From positions 2,315-66,314 of the forward strand of contig CAYNRJ010000001.1 in NCBI GenBank assembly GCA_964399865.1: a stretch of DNA of 64,000 bases, given 5' to 3'. This DNA is from an uncultured Candidatus Saccharibacteria bacterium. GTDB lineage: Bacteria > Patescibacteriota > Minisyncoccia > Phycocordibacterales > UBA2100. The translations under genes were made by a program, and so were the position numbers. Below, in pieces: positions 29,316 to 39,014 of the stretch; positions within the stretch are counted from its first letter, which is position 1; each line of letters begins with the position of its first letter. A model generated the notes under the pieces. The model was not told the origin of the DNA. It was given only the letters and a program-made list of their open reading frames with translations, and searched no databases.

Positions 29316-30349
29316 GATTATATTCGAAAATTGTTTTACCTCTCGTGCACCTGCTCTCAGGTTTTGATGGAGAGCGGGCGCATTACATTGCGCTTTTCAT
29401 GCTGCGCCTCTGTGGTATCTGGCCGCTTAGCCGAATTATCTCGCTTTTTACATTCGTTCGAAATGAGCGAACGGTGTTCGGCATCACCTTCCCAAACCCC
29501 GTAGGGACTGCGGCTGGGTTTGATAAGCATGCCGAGGCGCTCAAAGGTATCAAAGCATTTGGCTTCGGCTTTGCCGAAGTTGGTTCCGTAACACCGCTTC
29601 CACAAGCGGGCAATCCAAAGCCTCGACTGTTTCGTCTCGATAAAGACCGAGGCGTTATCAATCGCATGGGATTCAATAGTAAGGGCGTGGGTTTTATGGC
29701 GAAACAGCTCAAGAAATATCGTTCACTCGGGATTCCCGTTGGTGTTAACTTGGGAAAAAATAAAGACACTCCGATCGAGAATGCTGCGGACGATTACGAA
29801 AAAGGGATCAGAGCTCTGTATCAATATGCCGATTATTTTGCCATTAATATAAGTTCTCCAAACACGAAAGACCTTCGCTCGCTCCAGGAAAAAGATAAAT
29901 TAGTCGCACTCCTCGATCGAGTAAATACTGCACTTCGTGACATGGCAGGAGGAGATCGAGTAAAGCCCGTACTCCTCAAGATCGCTCCTGACCTTACAAC
30001 TGGAGAATTAGATGACGTACTTGAAGTTTGTCGAGGTCGTGTTCAGGGAATCATTGTTCACAATACAACGATCGAGCGACCGGATTATTTGCGTTCCCCG
30101 CATAAGTCAGAAACGGGTGGACTCAGTGGTAAGCCACTTACAGAACGTTCTGTCGAGCTCGTGAAATACGTACATAAGACGCTTCCAGACACTCCAATAA
30201 TTGGCGTAGGTGGCATCTTTACAGCAGAGGATGCACTTCGCATGCTGGACGCTGGCGCATCCCTCATTCAGCTGTATACGGGCCTCGTATTTGAAGGTCC
30301 GCTTCTTGCGCACCGCATAAATAAAGCCATCAAGAAACGCAATGCCTGA
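29312..30349 (+). CDS. pyrD: Quinone-dependent dihydroorotate dehydrogenase (class 2)
   Basis: AAGFDK, INRMGFNS, NISSPNT, KIAPD, GGLSG. Confidence 0.95.
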   Translation: MRLYSKIVLPLVHLLSGFDGERAHYIALFMLRLCGIWPLSRIISLFTFVRNERTVFGITFPNPVGTAAGFDKHAEALKGIKAFGFGFAEVGSVTPLPQAGNPKPRLFRLDKDRGVINRMGFNSKGVGFMAKQLKKYRSLGIPVGVNLGKNKDTPIENAADDYEKGIRALYQYADYFAINISSPNTKDLRSLQEKDKLVALLDRVNTALRDMAGGDRVKPVLLKIAPDLTTGELDDVLEVCRGRVQGIIVHNTTIERPDYLRSPHKSETGGLSGKPLTERSVELVKYVHKTLPDTPIIGVGGIFTAEDALRMLDAGASLIQLYTGLVFEGPLLAHRINKAIKKRNA

Positions 30350-31316
30350 GGAAGTAACAGCGCGTGTGGAGAGGGCGATCGCGGAAAAAGTATTTCCTGG
30401 CGCTGTAATTGGCGTTGTTCGAAAAAACGGTATTCGCGAAATTCGTGCATTCGGAAGTCACACGTATGAGAAGGACTCGCCACCAGTGGAAGAAGATACC
30501 GTATACGATGTAGCTTCTGTCACAAAATCTATTCCGCTTGCGTCGCTTGCCCTTATGCAGATCGGAAATGGAAAGCTCGAGCTCGAAGACCCTATTTCCA
30601 AGCATTTGCCGGAATTAAAGAACGACCATGGAGCAACTATCGGGGATCTTTTGACGTATCGTGTCACGGGGGTACGTTTTTCGACCTTGCAAGATAAAAG
30701 CGCTGACGAAATTATTCAGTACGTGTTCACTCATGGCTTCGATGGTCCCTCGGGCGCCTCAAAGTACACAAATCTACCCGCGTTCGTTCTCGGGCTTATT
30801 GTGGAGCGTCTTGAAGGCAAGTCCCTTGAGACGCTCGGACGGGACTCTTTTTTTAAGCCACTTCGCATGACGAGTACCACATTCTTTCCTTCCGGGAATG
30901 CAAATATAGCGCCTACTGAAATTGATAACGGGGAGACCATTCAGGGAATTCCGCACGATGAAGGTGCACGTGTTTTTGCGAAGGCGAATCGAACCGTAGG
31001 GAATGCTGGACTATTTTCAACTGCACCTGATCTTCTCAATTTTCTCGATGCTCTAATTGAAGGTGATTTTGCAGCGGTCACCCTTGGTGCTAGGAACGGT
31101 CTTGGTTGGCAGTTAAATGATCCGAATTTCATGGGGAAGCACACAGGGCTTGCGACATTCGGCAAGACTGGGTTTACCGGGACGAGCGTCCTCTGTGATA
31201 TCGAAAGAAAGATAGGACTTGTGATCCTCTCGAACCGTACGTACCCGAAACGCCCTCCGACGGACGCTGCGATTTTCGAGCTCCGAAGGGACATCGCTGA
31301 TATTGTCTTAGGATAA
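30342..31316 (+). CDS. Serine hydrolase, beta-lactamase class C-like fold
   Basis: DVASVTK, YTN, GNAGLFS, GKTGFTG. Confidence 0.85.
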   Translation: MPEEVTARVERAIAEKVFPGAVIGVVRKNGIREIRAFGSHTYEKDSPPVEEDTVYDVASVTKSIPLASLALMQIGNGKLELEDPISKHLPELKNDHGATIGDLLTYRVTGVRFSTLQDKSADEIIQYVFTHGFDGPSGASKYTNLPAFVLGLIVERLEGKSLETLGRDSFFKPLRMTSTTFFPSGNANIAPTEIDNGETIQGIPHDEGARVFAKANRTVGNAGLFSTAPDLLNFLDALIEGDFAAVTLGARNGLGWQLNDPNFMGKHTGLATFGKTGFTGTSVLCDIERKIGLVILSNRTYPKRPPTDAAIFELRRDIADIVLG

Positions 31317-31318
31317 GT

Positions 31319-32026
31319 ATGATTATTCCTCACGATAAACAGCGAAAAAAGTGGGAGAAGGAACATGCTGAGCCGTACGCGTTGAAACAAATGAATGTGC
31401 GTAAAGGGTCCAGCAGCCTTGTGTCCTTTCTACAGTTCTTAAAAGATCGACATTTACAAAACCTTACCGGAATTGAAATGGGGTGTGGAAAGGGGCGAAA
31501 TGTGATCTGGTGTGTCGAGCAGCCAGAGATCAAGCAGATGACTGGATTCGATTTTTCGGATACGGCGATCAAAGTCGCTAAAGAGCGAGCTGGGAATGAA
31601 GGTGTGTTAAATAAGACCAATTTTTTGGTCGCCGATGCGACTACCGAATGGCCATTTGCAGATTCAACATTTGATTTTGGAATAGATTGCACAGCGTCGA
31701 CCGATATAGAAAATCCTGCCGGTAGACAGTTTGCAGTTTTAGAAATGAAACGGGTCTTAAAGTCTAAAGGCTACTTTCTTGTGTACGTTATGTCTACGGA
31801 CGATGAGTATCATCAGTTAATGATCGCGCGTTCCCCGGCAGAAGAAAAAAATGCTTTTTATCACGCAGATACTGGGAAATTTGAAAAAGTATTTGATGAT
31901 CGGGAGCTGGATAGTATGTACTCTGACTTTACTCTCGCAGAGGCACGCCGCGTAGAGAAGAAAAGTATATTTTTTGGGAAAGAGTATAGGAATAAAATGC
32001 ATTGGCGCGTGTACCAAAAACCCTGA
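31319..32026 (+). CDS. Class I SAM-dependent methyltransferase
   Basis: EMGCGKGRN, GFDFS, WPFADSTFD. Confidence 0.85.
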   Translation: MIIPHDKQRKKWEKEHAEPYALKQMNVRKGSSSLVSFLQFLKDRHLQNLTGIEMGCGKGRNVIWCVEQPEIKQMTGFDFSDTAIKVAKERAGNEGVLNKTNFLVADATTEWPFADSTFDFGIDCTASTDIENPAGRQFAVLEMKRVLKSKGYFLVYVMSTDDEYHQLMIARSPAEEKNAFYHADTGKFEKVFDDRELDSMYSDFTLAEARRVEKKSIFFGKEYRNKMHWRVYQKP

Positions 32027-32067
32027 TATTTCGCAATAAATATGGTAAAGTGGCTCTCTAATCCTTT

Positions 32068-33894
32068 ATGTGCGGTATTTTTGCTTATACAGGCGCAAAT
32101 GGAAAAGAGGCCAGCAACCTTCTCCTCGAGGGCCTCACATCCTTGGAGTACCGCGGCTATGATTCAGCGGGCATCTACACGCCCGAAAGTGGTCATATTA
32201 AGACTCCCGGCGCCGTAGCTGAGCTGCGCGCAAAGGTACCGAAAGCTTTCGTTGGGAAAAGTGGCATCGCGCATCTTCGCTGGGCAACTCACGGCGAGCC
32301 GACGGAAGTAAATGCGCACCCACATACAGGAAATGAGGGAGACGTGTGGGTAGTACATAACGGAATCATAGAAAATTTTAAAGAACTAAAGAAAACACTG
32401 GAAGCAAAAGGTCACACCTTTCTTTCGCAGTCTGATACAGAAATTTTAGCGCACCTCGTTGAAGAGTATTTGAAGACTGAGAAAAATTTTGAAGAGGCGG
32501 TGTTAAAGGCCCTCAATGAAGTGCAGGGAACATACGGTATTGCCATTCAATATAAGGGCGAACCGGACAAGCTTATTGCAGCACGCATGGGATCCCCGAT
32601 CGTCGTAGGAGTCGGAGAAAATGAGCACTTCATTGCCTCTGACCCATCACCTATCCTTAAGCACACAAAGAAAGTAATCTTCCTTAACGATGGAGAGATC
32701 GCTGTCCTAACACCCAAAACTCATACCATCTATAAACTTTCGAGCGAAGAGATAACGCGAGCTCCTGAGACGCTAGATTGGAATGCTGAGGAGGCACAAA
32801 AAGGCGGTCACGAACATTTCATGATTAAAGAAATCCTAGAAGCTCCCGAAGTTGTAGAAAACACACTTCGAGGTCGCCTGCTACCTGCAAAAGGTATGGC
32901 AAAGCTCGGCGGACTCGAGCAGGTGGCCGATGAATTAGCGAAAATCGAGCGCATCATAATCGTTGCGTGCGGAACGGCCTATTACGCGGGATTGGTTGGA
33001 GAATATATGTTGGAGGAATTCGCCGGGATTCCCGTCGAAGTGGAGCTTGGGAGCGAGTTTAGATACCGCAGTCCCGTCTTGAATCAAAAGACTGCCGTAA
33101 TCGCGATCTCACAATCTGGTGAGACGGCCGATACACTCGCAGCTATCCGCGAGGGAAAAGAAAAGGGCGCTCTTACTCTCGGCATAGTAAACGCGGTAGG
33201 CTCGACCATAGCGAGAGAAACAGATGCAGGTGTCTACAATCACGCAGGTCCTGAAGTTGGTGTTGCTTCAACAAAAGCTCTCATTTCACAGCTCACCGCG
33301 CTCGCGCTATTTACGATCTTCCTCGGTCGGCAGCGGAACATGAGTGAGAATACTGGAAAGGAGATCGCGACAGAACTTAAGGCGCTACCTAAGAAGATCG
33401 AGAAGATATTAGCTGCTCGTGCAGAAATTGAAAAGCTAGCGAAAAAATATGTAAGTGCCCGCGACTTTTTATTCATTGGCAGAAAATACAATTACCCAAT
33501 CGCGTTCGAAGGCGCTTTGAAATTGAAAGAGGTTTCTTACATTCACGCCGAAGGATATGGCGCAGGGGAGATGAAGCATGGTCCTATCGCGATGATAGAT
33601 GAAAATTTCCCAACACTCGCGCTCGCGCTGAAGGATTCCGTATACGAAAAGATGATCTCGAATATTCAGCAATTGAAGGCTCGAAAAGGTCCCGTGGTAG
33701 CACTTGCGACAGAAGGGGATGCGGAGATCGCAAAGCTAACCGATGATGTTATGTATGTACCAGAAACCTCAGAAATGCTTTCGCCGATCCTGAACGTCAT
33801 CCCGTTGCAACTGTTTGCCTACTATTTCGCAAAGGAAAAGGGATTGAACGTTGATCGTCCAAGAAACCTCGCAAAGTCTGTGACAGTCGAATAG
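32068..33894 (+). CDS. glmS: Glutamine-fructose-6-phosphate aminotransferase
   Basis: MCGIF, HLRWATHG, SQSGETADT, PRNLAKSVTVE. Confidence 0.97.
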   Translation: MCGIFAYTGANGKEASNLLLEGLTSLEYRGYDSAGIYTPESGHIKTPGAVAELRAKVPKAFVGKSGIAHLRWATHGEPTEVNAHPHTGNEGDVWVVHNGIIENFKELKKTLEAKGHTFLSQSDTEILAHLVEEYLKTEKNFEEAVLKALNEVQGTYGIAIQYKGEPDKLIAARMGSPIVVGVGENEHFIASDPSPILKHTKKVIFLNDGEIAVLTPKTHTIYKLSSEEITRAPETLDWNAEEAQKGGHEHFMIKEILEAPEVVENTLRGRLLPAKGMAKLGGLEQVADELAKIERIIIVACGTAYYAGLVGEYMLEEFAGIPVEVELGSEFRYRSPVLNQKTAVIAISQSGETADTLAAIREGKEKGALTLGIVNAVGSTIARETDAGVYNHAGPEVGVASTKALISQLTALALFTIFLGRQRNMSENTGKEIATELKALPKKIEKILAARAEIEKLAKKYVSARDFLFIGRKYNYPIAFEGALKLKEVSYIHAEGYGAGEMKHGPIAMIDENFPTLALALKDSVYEKMISNIQQLKARKGPVVALATEGDAEIAKLTDDVMYVPETSEMLSPILNVIPLQLFAYYFAKEKGLNVDRPRNLAKSVTVE

Positions 33895-33896
33895 CT

Positions 33897-34949
33897 CTAG
33901 ATCTTTTCGATCTTCTCCCAAGGGCGGCCAGCGACACCAAAGTGTCCGTACGCAGCGGTAGCTTGATAGATCGGACGACGTAGATTGAGGCGTTCGATGA
34001 TAGCGCGCGGTCGGAAATCGAAATTCTTAGTGACGATGTCCGTGAGATTTTTTCCAGTGTCGCTGAAAGCTTCCACCATGACAGGTTCAGCTCGGCCGAT
34101 TGCGTACGCGACGGAAACAAGGACTTTATCACCATAGCCATTCGCGACGAGGTTCTTCGCAACGAAGCGACACATGTATGCAGCAGATCGATCTACCTTA
34201 GACGGGTCTTTTCCTGAGAAACAGCCGCCGCCGTGTGGCATAAGACCGCCGTATGTATCAACCATGATTTTGCGGCCTGTAAGCCCTGCGTCAGCTGCGA
34301 AGCCTCCGATCTCAAATTTACCCGTAGGATTGACGAGAATCTCAATATTTTTTACTGACCCAAGTACCGGAGTGAATAGGTGCTTAATGAGTCCCGCGCG
34401 AATATCCTCTTGAGTGACATTTTTCGCGTGCTGAGTCGATGTGAGTCCTGTTATGACCTTACCTTTGCTTATGGTTACCTGAGTCTTCCCGTCTGGCTTA
34501 AGCCATTTTAGGGTCTTCTCGCGGCGCAATTTTTCAAGACGTCGAGCGAGTGCGTGTGAAAGCACCACTCCAAGCGGGAGCATCTCTTTCGTCTCGTTGG
34601 TCGCGTAGCCATACATGATGCCCTGGTCGCCCGCGCCTTCTCGGTCGACTCCCATCGCAATGTCTGGGGATTGCTGCGCTACCTTTACTAAGATATCTAG
34701 TTTTTCAGTGTAGCCGATATCTTTATAGACCTTCTCCGCAATTTTCTTGTAGTTAATTTTTGCTTTTGTCGTGACCTCACCGCCGATCATTAAAGTTCCG
34801 TGGCTGCCGAATGTTTCTACAGCAACGCGTGAGTACGGGTCTTGTCGGAGGCATTCATCAAGAATTGCGTCCGAAATCTGGTCACAGACTTTGTCTGGAT
34901 GTCCCGAGGTTACGCTTTCCGTTGTGTACCTATTTAATAGGTGAAGCAT
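33897..34949 (-). CDS. metK: S-adenosylmethionine synthetase
   Basis: TESVTSGHPDK, GAGDQG, GLTGRKI, GGGCFSGKD. Confidence 0.97.
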   Translation of the reverse strand: MLHLLNRYTTESVTSGHPDKVCDQISDAILDECLRQDPYSRVAVETFGSHGTLMIGGEVTTKAKINYKKIAEKVYKDIGYTEKLDILVKVAQQSPDIAMGVDREGAGDQGIMYGYATNETKEMLPLGVVLSHALARRLEKLRREKTLKWLKPDGKTQVTISKGKVITGLTSTQHAKNVTQEDIRAGLIKHLFTPVLGSVKNIEILVNPTGKFEIGGFAADAGLTGRKIMVDTYGGLMPHGGGCFSGKDPSKVDRSAAYMCRFVAKNLVANGYGDKVLVSVAYAIGRAEPVMVEAFSDTGKNLTDIVTKNFDFRPRAIIERLNLRRPIYQATAAYGHFGVAGRPWEKIEKI

Positions 34950-34955
34950 GTATAT

Positions 34956-34990
34956 CAACAAAATATCTCCCCGACGGGAGATTATTGTTA
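34956..34990 (-). terminator. Riboswitch-associated terminator upstream of metK
   Basis: Minus strand AACAAUAAUCUCCC-GUCG-GGGAGAUAUUUUGUU. Confidence 0.7.
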
Positions 34991-34992
34991 AA

Positions 34993-35120
34993 GATATCTT
35001 CCCATACGGGCTGGATGGAGCACATTACTCTTACGAGCACGCTGCTGGTGGTTGGGAGCCAGAAACTCCTTTGCCTCGCTGAAACTTCAGCGAAAGCGGG
35101 TAGCCACACTCTCGATACGA
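34993..35120 (-). ncRNA. SAM-I riboswitch with an extra hairpin in P2
   Basis: Minus strand GUAUCGAGAG...GGAG-UUUCUG-GCUCC...CAGCAGC...GUGCU-CCAUCCAG...AAGAUAU; CUGG/CCAG pseudoknot; directly upstream of metK; TGcTACTAT -10 at 35138-35146. Confidence 0.8.
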
Positions 35121-35178
35121 TATTTAGTTGTAAGGGAATAGTAGCAGTCCTTCCGAGTGCATGCAATACTGGCCGATA

Positions 35179-35754
35179 ATGAGAAAAGTCATTCTGGCCT
35201 CGGCCTCAAAGTGGCGCAAAATCCTTCTCGAAAGAGCGGGGGTACGGTTTTTGGTTGAAGTGAGCGGTCACCCGGAGGATCTCAAACAGAAACTCTCGCC
35301 AAAAAACTTAGTTCAGAAACTTGCTCTTGAAAAAGCAATGGTCGTTGGCAGTCATCACAAAGATGCGATCATCATCGGCGCAGATACCGTGGCAGTTTTT
35401 CGTGGGAAGGCTATTGGGAAACCCAAAACAGCTGTAGAGGCAAGAAAAATTCTGACTGGACTGTCAGGATCCGAGCACAGCCTTGTTACAGGCTTTGTGA
35501 TTCTCGATACTAAAACAAACCGAATTGTCAGAAAGAGTGTTGAAACAAAAGTGTGGTTTCGAAAACTAACTGCTGATGAAATCAATGCATACGTAAAAAC
35601 AAAGGAGCCTTTAACGGTCGCAGGGGGATACGCAATACAAGGGGGTGGCTCAAGCTTCGCGTCTCGCATTAGCGGTGATTTTTATAACATCGTGGGACTG
35701 CCTTTGTCAGAAGTAGTAACAGAGCTAAGGAAATTCGGGGTTAAAATACCATAA
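35179..35754 (+). CDS. maf: Maf family nucleoside triphosphate pyrophosphatase
   Basis: ILASAS..R, IGADT, GKP, AGGYAIQG, NIVGLP. Confidence 0.92.
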   Translation: MRKVILASASKWRKILLERAGVRFLVEVSGHPEDLKQKLSPKNLVQKLALEKAMVVGSHHKDAIIIGADTVAVFRGKAIGKPKTAVEARKILTGLSGSEHSLVTGFVILDTKTNRIVRKSVETKVWFRKLTADEINAYVKTKEPLTVAGGYAIQGGGSSFASRISGDFYNIVGLPLSEVVTELRKFGVKIP

Positions 35755-35803
35755 CTCCTCATTGCTGAGGGCCCAATAACAGGATAGAGTTTCCTACAAT
35801 ACT

Positions 35804-36748
35804 ATGAAAAAGGTCGTCACGATCGGCGGTGGCACGGGTAGTTATACGGTACTACGCGGCCTCAAGGAGTTCCCACTCGATATCACCGCAGTAGTTTCGA
35901 TGTTCGACTCTGGTGGATCGTCAGGAATTCTGCGCGATGAATTCGGTGTACTTCCCCCAGGAGATGTTCGACGATGCCTGGTCGCCCTTTCTGATGGATC
36001 TCGTGCGGAAATCCTCCGTCAGCTTTTTAATTATCGTTTCGAGAATGGAGGGTCTCTCAAGGGACATAGTTTCGGCAACCTACTTCTCGTCGCGCTCTCC
36101 TCAGTGTATGGAAGCGATATCGAAAGTATTCGCAAGGCATCGGAGCTCCTTGATATTAAAGGAAAGGTGCTCCCTGTGACTCTCGACAAGGCCGATCTTC
36201 ACGCGATCCTCGAAGACGGTACGGAAATTGTTGGCGAGACGAATATAGATATTCCAAAGCATAATGGCGACCTACGGATCAAGAAGCTATTCCTCAGTCC
36301 TGAGGCGAAGATCTTTGAAGAAACCGACAAAGCTATACGAGATGCGGACCTCATTGTTATTGGCCCTGGGGATCCATATTCTTCGGTTATTCCGAATCTC
36401 TTGGTCGGTGGCATGAAAGAAGCGTTGAAAGAAAGTAAGGCAAAGAAAGTGCTGATTTCAAACCTGATGTCCGAGTGGGGAGAGACGAATGAATTTTCTG
36501 CATCCGATATTGCCCGCGAACTTCTCGCCTACAGCGGATTCGCAAAATTTGATTACGTAATCTGCAACACCGCACCGATGGATGCGGGACTCATAGCAGC
36601 ATATGCAAAGGAAAAGAAGGTTCCAATTACATGCGATCCGGGATTGGACTCTTGCGGAGAAAAAGTCATTACGGGAAACTTTTTCTCGGAGGCTGATATC
36701 GCTCGCCATGACTCTACAAAACTTGCGAAAGTAATAGCCGAATTATAA
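35804..36748 (+). CDS. yvcK: YvcK/GlmR (CofD-like) UDP-GlcNAc-binding protein
   Basis: IGGGTG, DSGGSSG.LR, PPGD.R, GHSFGNL, GPG, RHD. Confidence 0.9.
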   Translation: MKKVVTIGGGTGSYTVLRGLKEFPLDITAVVSMFDSGGSSGILRDEFGVLPPGDVRRCLVALSDGSRAEILRQLFNYRFENGGSLKGHSFGNLLLVALSSVYGSDIESIRKASELLDIKGKVLPVTLDKADLHAILEDGTEIVGETNIDIPKHNGDLRIKKLFLSPEAKIFEETDKAIRDADLIVIGPGDPYSSVIPNLLVGGMKEALKESKAKKVLISNLMSEWGETNEFSASDIARELLAYSGFAKFDYVICNTAPMDAGLIAAYAKEKKVPITCDPGLDSCGEKVITGNFFSEADIARHDSTKLAKVIAEL

Positions 36749-36767
36749 ACGTGATAAGCTCTACCAT

Positions 36768-37199
36768 ATGAATCTCAGAATAAGTATCGCGCTCATAGTT
36801 TTCTTGATCGTCATAGCACTCGGTGTATTTCTTATTGTTGCCCCTTCGCCCGAAGAGAACGAAGCACTACCACCGTTTACGTCTGAAATGGTAAAAGTAT
36901 CGTCACCTCTTCCGGGGGCGACTGTCTCGAAGACCTTTACGGCGACAGGGTTTGCTCGTGGCATGTGGTTCTTCGAGGCGTCTTTCCCCGTAGAAATTCG
37001 TGATCCACAAAACAATCTTGTTGGGCAGGGTATAGCACAGGCAAACGGCGATTGGATGACTGAGGAATTTGTGCCATTCACCGCGCCAATCACGGTGAAT
37101 GCCTACACGGGACCTGCGACCCTTGTACTCAAAAAAGATAATCCATCAGGCTTACCAGAGAATGACGCGTCGGAATCCTTTGACATCGTAATTCAGTAA
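36768..37199 (+). CDS. Gmad2-type Ig-like membrane-anchored protein
   Basis: ARGMWFFEASFPV, DWMT, KDNPSGLP. Confidence 0.8.
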   Translation: MNLRISIALIVFLIVIALGVFLIVAPSPEENEALPPFTSEMVKVSSPLPGATVSKTFTATGFARGMWFFEASFPVEIRDPQNNLVGQGIAQANGDWMTEEFVPFTAPITVNAYTGPATLVLKKDNPSGLPENDASESFDIVIQ

Positions 37200-37205
37200 A
37201 CCAAC

Positions 37206-37550
37206 ATGGAAGAACCGACCGAGAGCCCAGCGAATTTTGAAAAAAGGTTAGCTGAGGTGCGAGTCTTCACCGCAGAGTTCTCACAGTATTTGGATACGCT
37301 AAAAGCATGGATCAAGAGTGAACAGGGCCTCTTAGGTATTGAAAATTCGCCTGAAATCTCAAAGACTGCGCTTTCTAAGCTTCAAGAGAGATACGACACC
37401 GCAGAAAGAGAATTGGATGAGCTTGAAATGGATCCGGCTAATAAGAGGAAGTTCGTGACTACCAAGGAGGCGAAAGATCAGATTCGCCTCTGCATCATCG
37501 AAAACTCAGAGCACTTTTTGAATCCTCCGGAAGAACCTTCGGCGGAGTAA
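37206..37550 (+). CDS. Acidic helical hypothetical protein
   Basis: 114-aa ORF tightly packed between neighbours. Confidence 0.6.
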   Translation: MEEPTESPANFEKRLAEVRVFTAEFSQYLDTLKAWIKSEQGLLGIENSPEISKTALSKLQERYDTAERELDELEMDPANKRKFVTTKEAKDQIRLCIIENSEHFLNPPEEPSAE

Positions 37551-37559
37551 CGCGGAGCC

Positions 37560-38228
37560 ATGTCTAAAGATAGACAAGACAAACTTATCCGCGCTAAAAA
37601 GATTGTCGCGTACCTCAAACGTACATATCCAAAACCAAAAAGTGAGTTGAAATATGCGACACCATTTCAGTTTGTTGTTTCGGTCATCCTTTCTGCGCAG
37701 TGCACGGATAAAACAGTGAATCGGGTGACGGAGGCTCTGTATAAGAAATACAAGACGTCCAGTGATTTCGCCGCCGCCGATCCGAAAGTATTTGAGAAGG
37801 AGATATCGTCGGTGACGTTTTTCAAGAATAAAGCCAAATACGTAATTGAAGCAGCAAAAATCGTGTCTCGTGATTTTGGTGGCGAGGTCCCGAGAACGGC
37901 AGAAGAACTCCAAAAAATGCCGGGAGTCGGGTACAAAACCGCCCACGTTGTTTTAGGAGAGTTGTTTGATGAGTGGGAGGGGATTCCGACAGACACACAC
38001 GTAAAGAGGTTTGCGCATCGATTTGATCTTACAAATCAGCAGGATCTGAAGAAAATATCGAAGGACCTTGAATCGCTGGTTCCGAAGAAAGACTGGAAGT
38101 ACGTAAACAATGGTCTCGTTCTATACGGTCGTTATGTGTGCAATGCACGACCTCATGAGTGTGATAAACATCCTCTGACTAAGTTATGGCCGGAGGCAGG
38201 AAAGAGGTGGCCAAGAGTGTCGAAGTAA
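37560..38228 (+). CDS. nth: Endonuclease III
   Basis: LSAQCTD, HhH MPGVGYKTA, DTHV.R. Confidence 0.92.
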   Translation: MSKDRQDKLIRAKKIVAYLKRTYPKPKSELKYATPFQFVVSVILSAQCTDKTVNRVTEALYKKYKTSSDFAAADPKVFEKEISSVTFFKNKAKYVIEAAKIVSRDFGGEVPRTAEELQKMPGVGYKTAHVVLGELFDEWEGIPTDTHVKRFAHRFDLTNQQDLKKISKDLESLVPKKDWKYVNNGLVLYGRYVCNARPHECDKHPLTKLWPEAGKRWPRVSK

Positions 38229-38233
38229 GCAGA

Positions 38234-38291
38234 TTGACGAATAGGTAAAATTAAGGCATAATATTAGCCGCGTAATAGTGCAAATTGGGAG
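38234..38291 (+). promoter_or_regulatory. Sigma70 promoter and SD of orphan gene
   Basis: TTGACG-17-CATAAT; GGGAG 6 nt before the ATG. Confidence 0.65.
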
Positions 38292-38297
38292 TTACAG

Positions 38298-38918
38298 ATG
38301 CGGAAAATCGTCATGCATGGCGCCACTGTGTGCGTCATTGGCCTCTCCGGGGTCGCGGCGCTCTTCTATAACATCATGATACTGCAGGATGAGGTGCAGC
38401 CCGTCCTAGCAATGTGGCTGCTCGCTGCGGCTGGGTCTGCGATGAGTTTCGCAACGTATTGGTCAACAGTACGCCAGCGACTGCCCCCGTCTCTGAGAAT
38501 CCTTCAGAACGTGGGCAACGTTGTCGATGTTGTCGCCAATACCTCGGTCCTCGCCACGACCCTGTTCGCGGGATGGGTGCTCGACCACGACATTCGCTTC
38601 GTCTTCTCGAACTTCGAGCACGGCTGCATCGTCGCTGTGGCGATCCTGTTCGTCTTTTGGCGGATCACCAAGTGGCATGTGCTGGCGAACGTGATGGTCC
38701 AGGTTGTGATGACGGTCGCCTACGTGCCGCTCATCGTGTATCTGTGGAATGCGGCCGAGACGAGCGAGCCGGTCGTGCTCTGGGGCATGATCTGGCTTGC
38801 GGCGCTTCTCGCGATGGTGCCCGCCGTCATGTCAGGCAACAAGCTCGCAATGCTCTACAACGGGCGGCGGCTTATCGTGATGTCCGTCGTCATCGTTCTT
38901 ATACTTCGACTCGTCTAG
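38298..38918 (+). CDS. GC-rich orphan multi-TM protein
   Basis: About 7 hydrophobic segments; third positions visibly G/C-rich. Confidence 0.75.
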   Translation: MRKIVMHGATVCVIGLSGVAALFYNIMILQDEVQPVLAMWLLAAAGSAMSFATYWSTVRQRLPPSLRILQNVGNVVDVVANTSVLATTLFAGWVLDHDIRFVFSNFEHGCIVAVAILFVFWRITKWHVLANVMVQVVMTVAYVPLIVYLWNAAETSEPVVLWGMIWLAALLAMVPAVMSGNKLAMLYNGRRLIVMSVVIVLILRLV

Positions 38919-38928
38919 GCGAGTCTTC

Positions 38929-38972
38929 GAGGGCCGCGGCAACTTCGGTTGCCCGCGGCCCTCTCGCTTTTT
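38929..38972 (+). terminator. Intrinsic terminator
   Basis: gagggccgcggcaac-ttcg-gttgcccgcggccctc followed by a T-tract. Confidence 0.8.
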
Positions 38973-39014
38973 GTCCCTACCGTATTCGTCAGAGTATTGC
39001 TATTGTATTGATAC

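Noticed and set aside
32027-32067. glmS ribozyme upstream of glmS
   Set aside because: The gap is only about 40 nt and has no ribozyme core.
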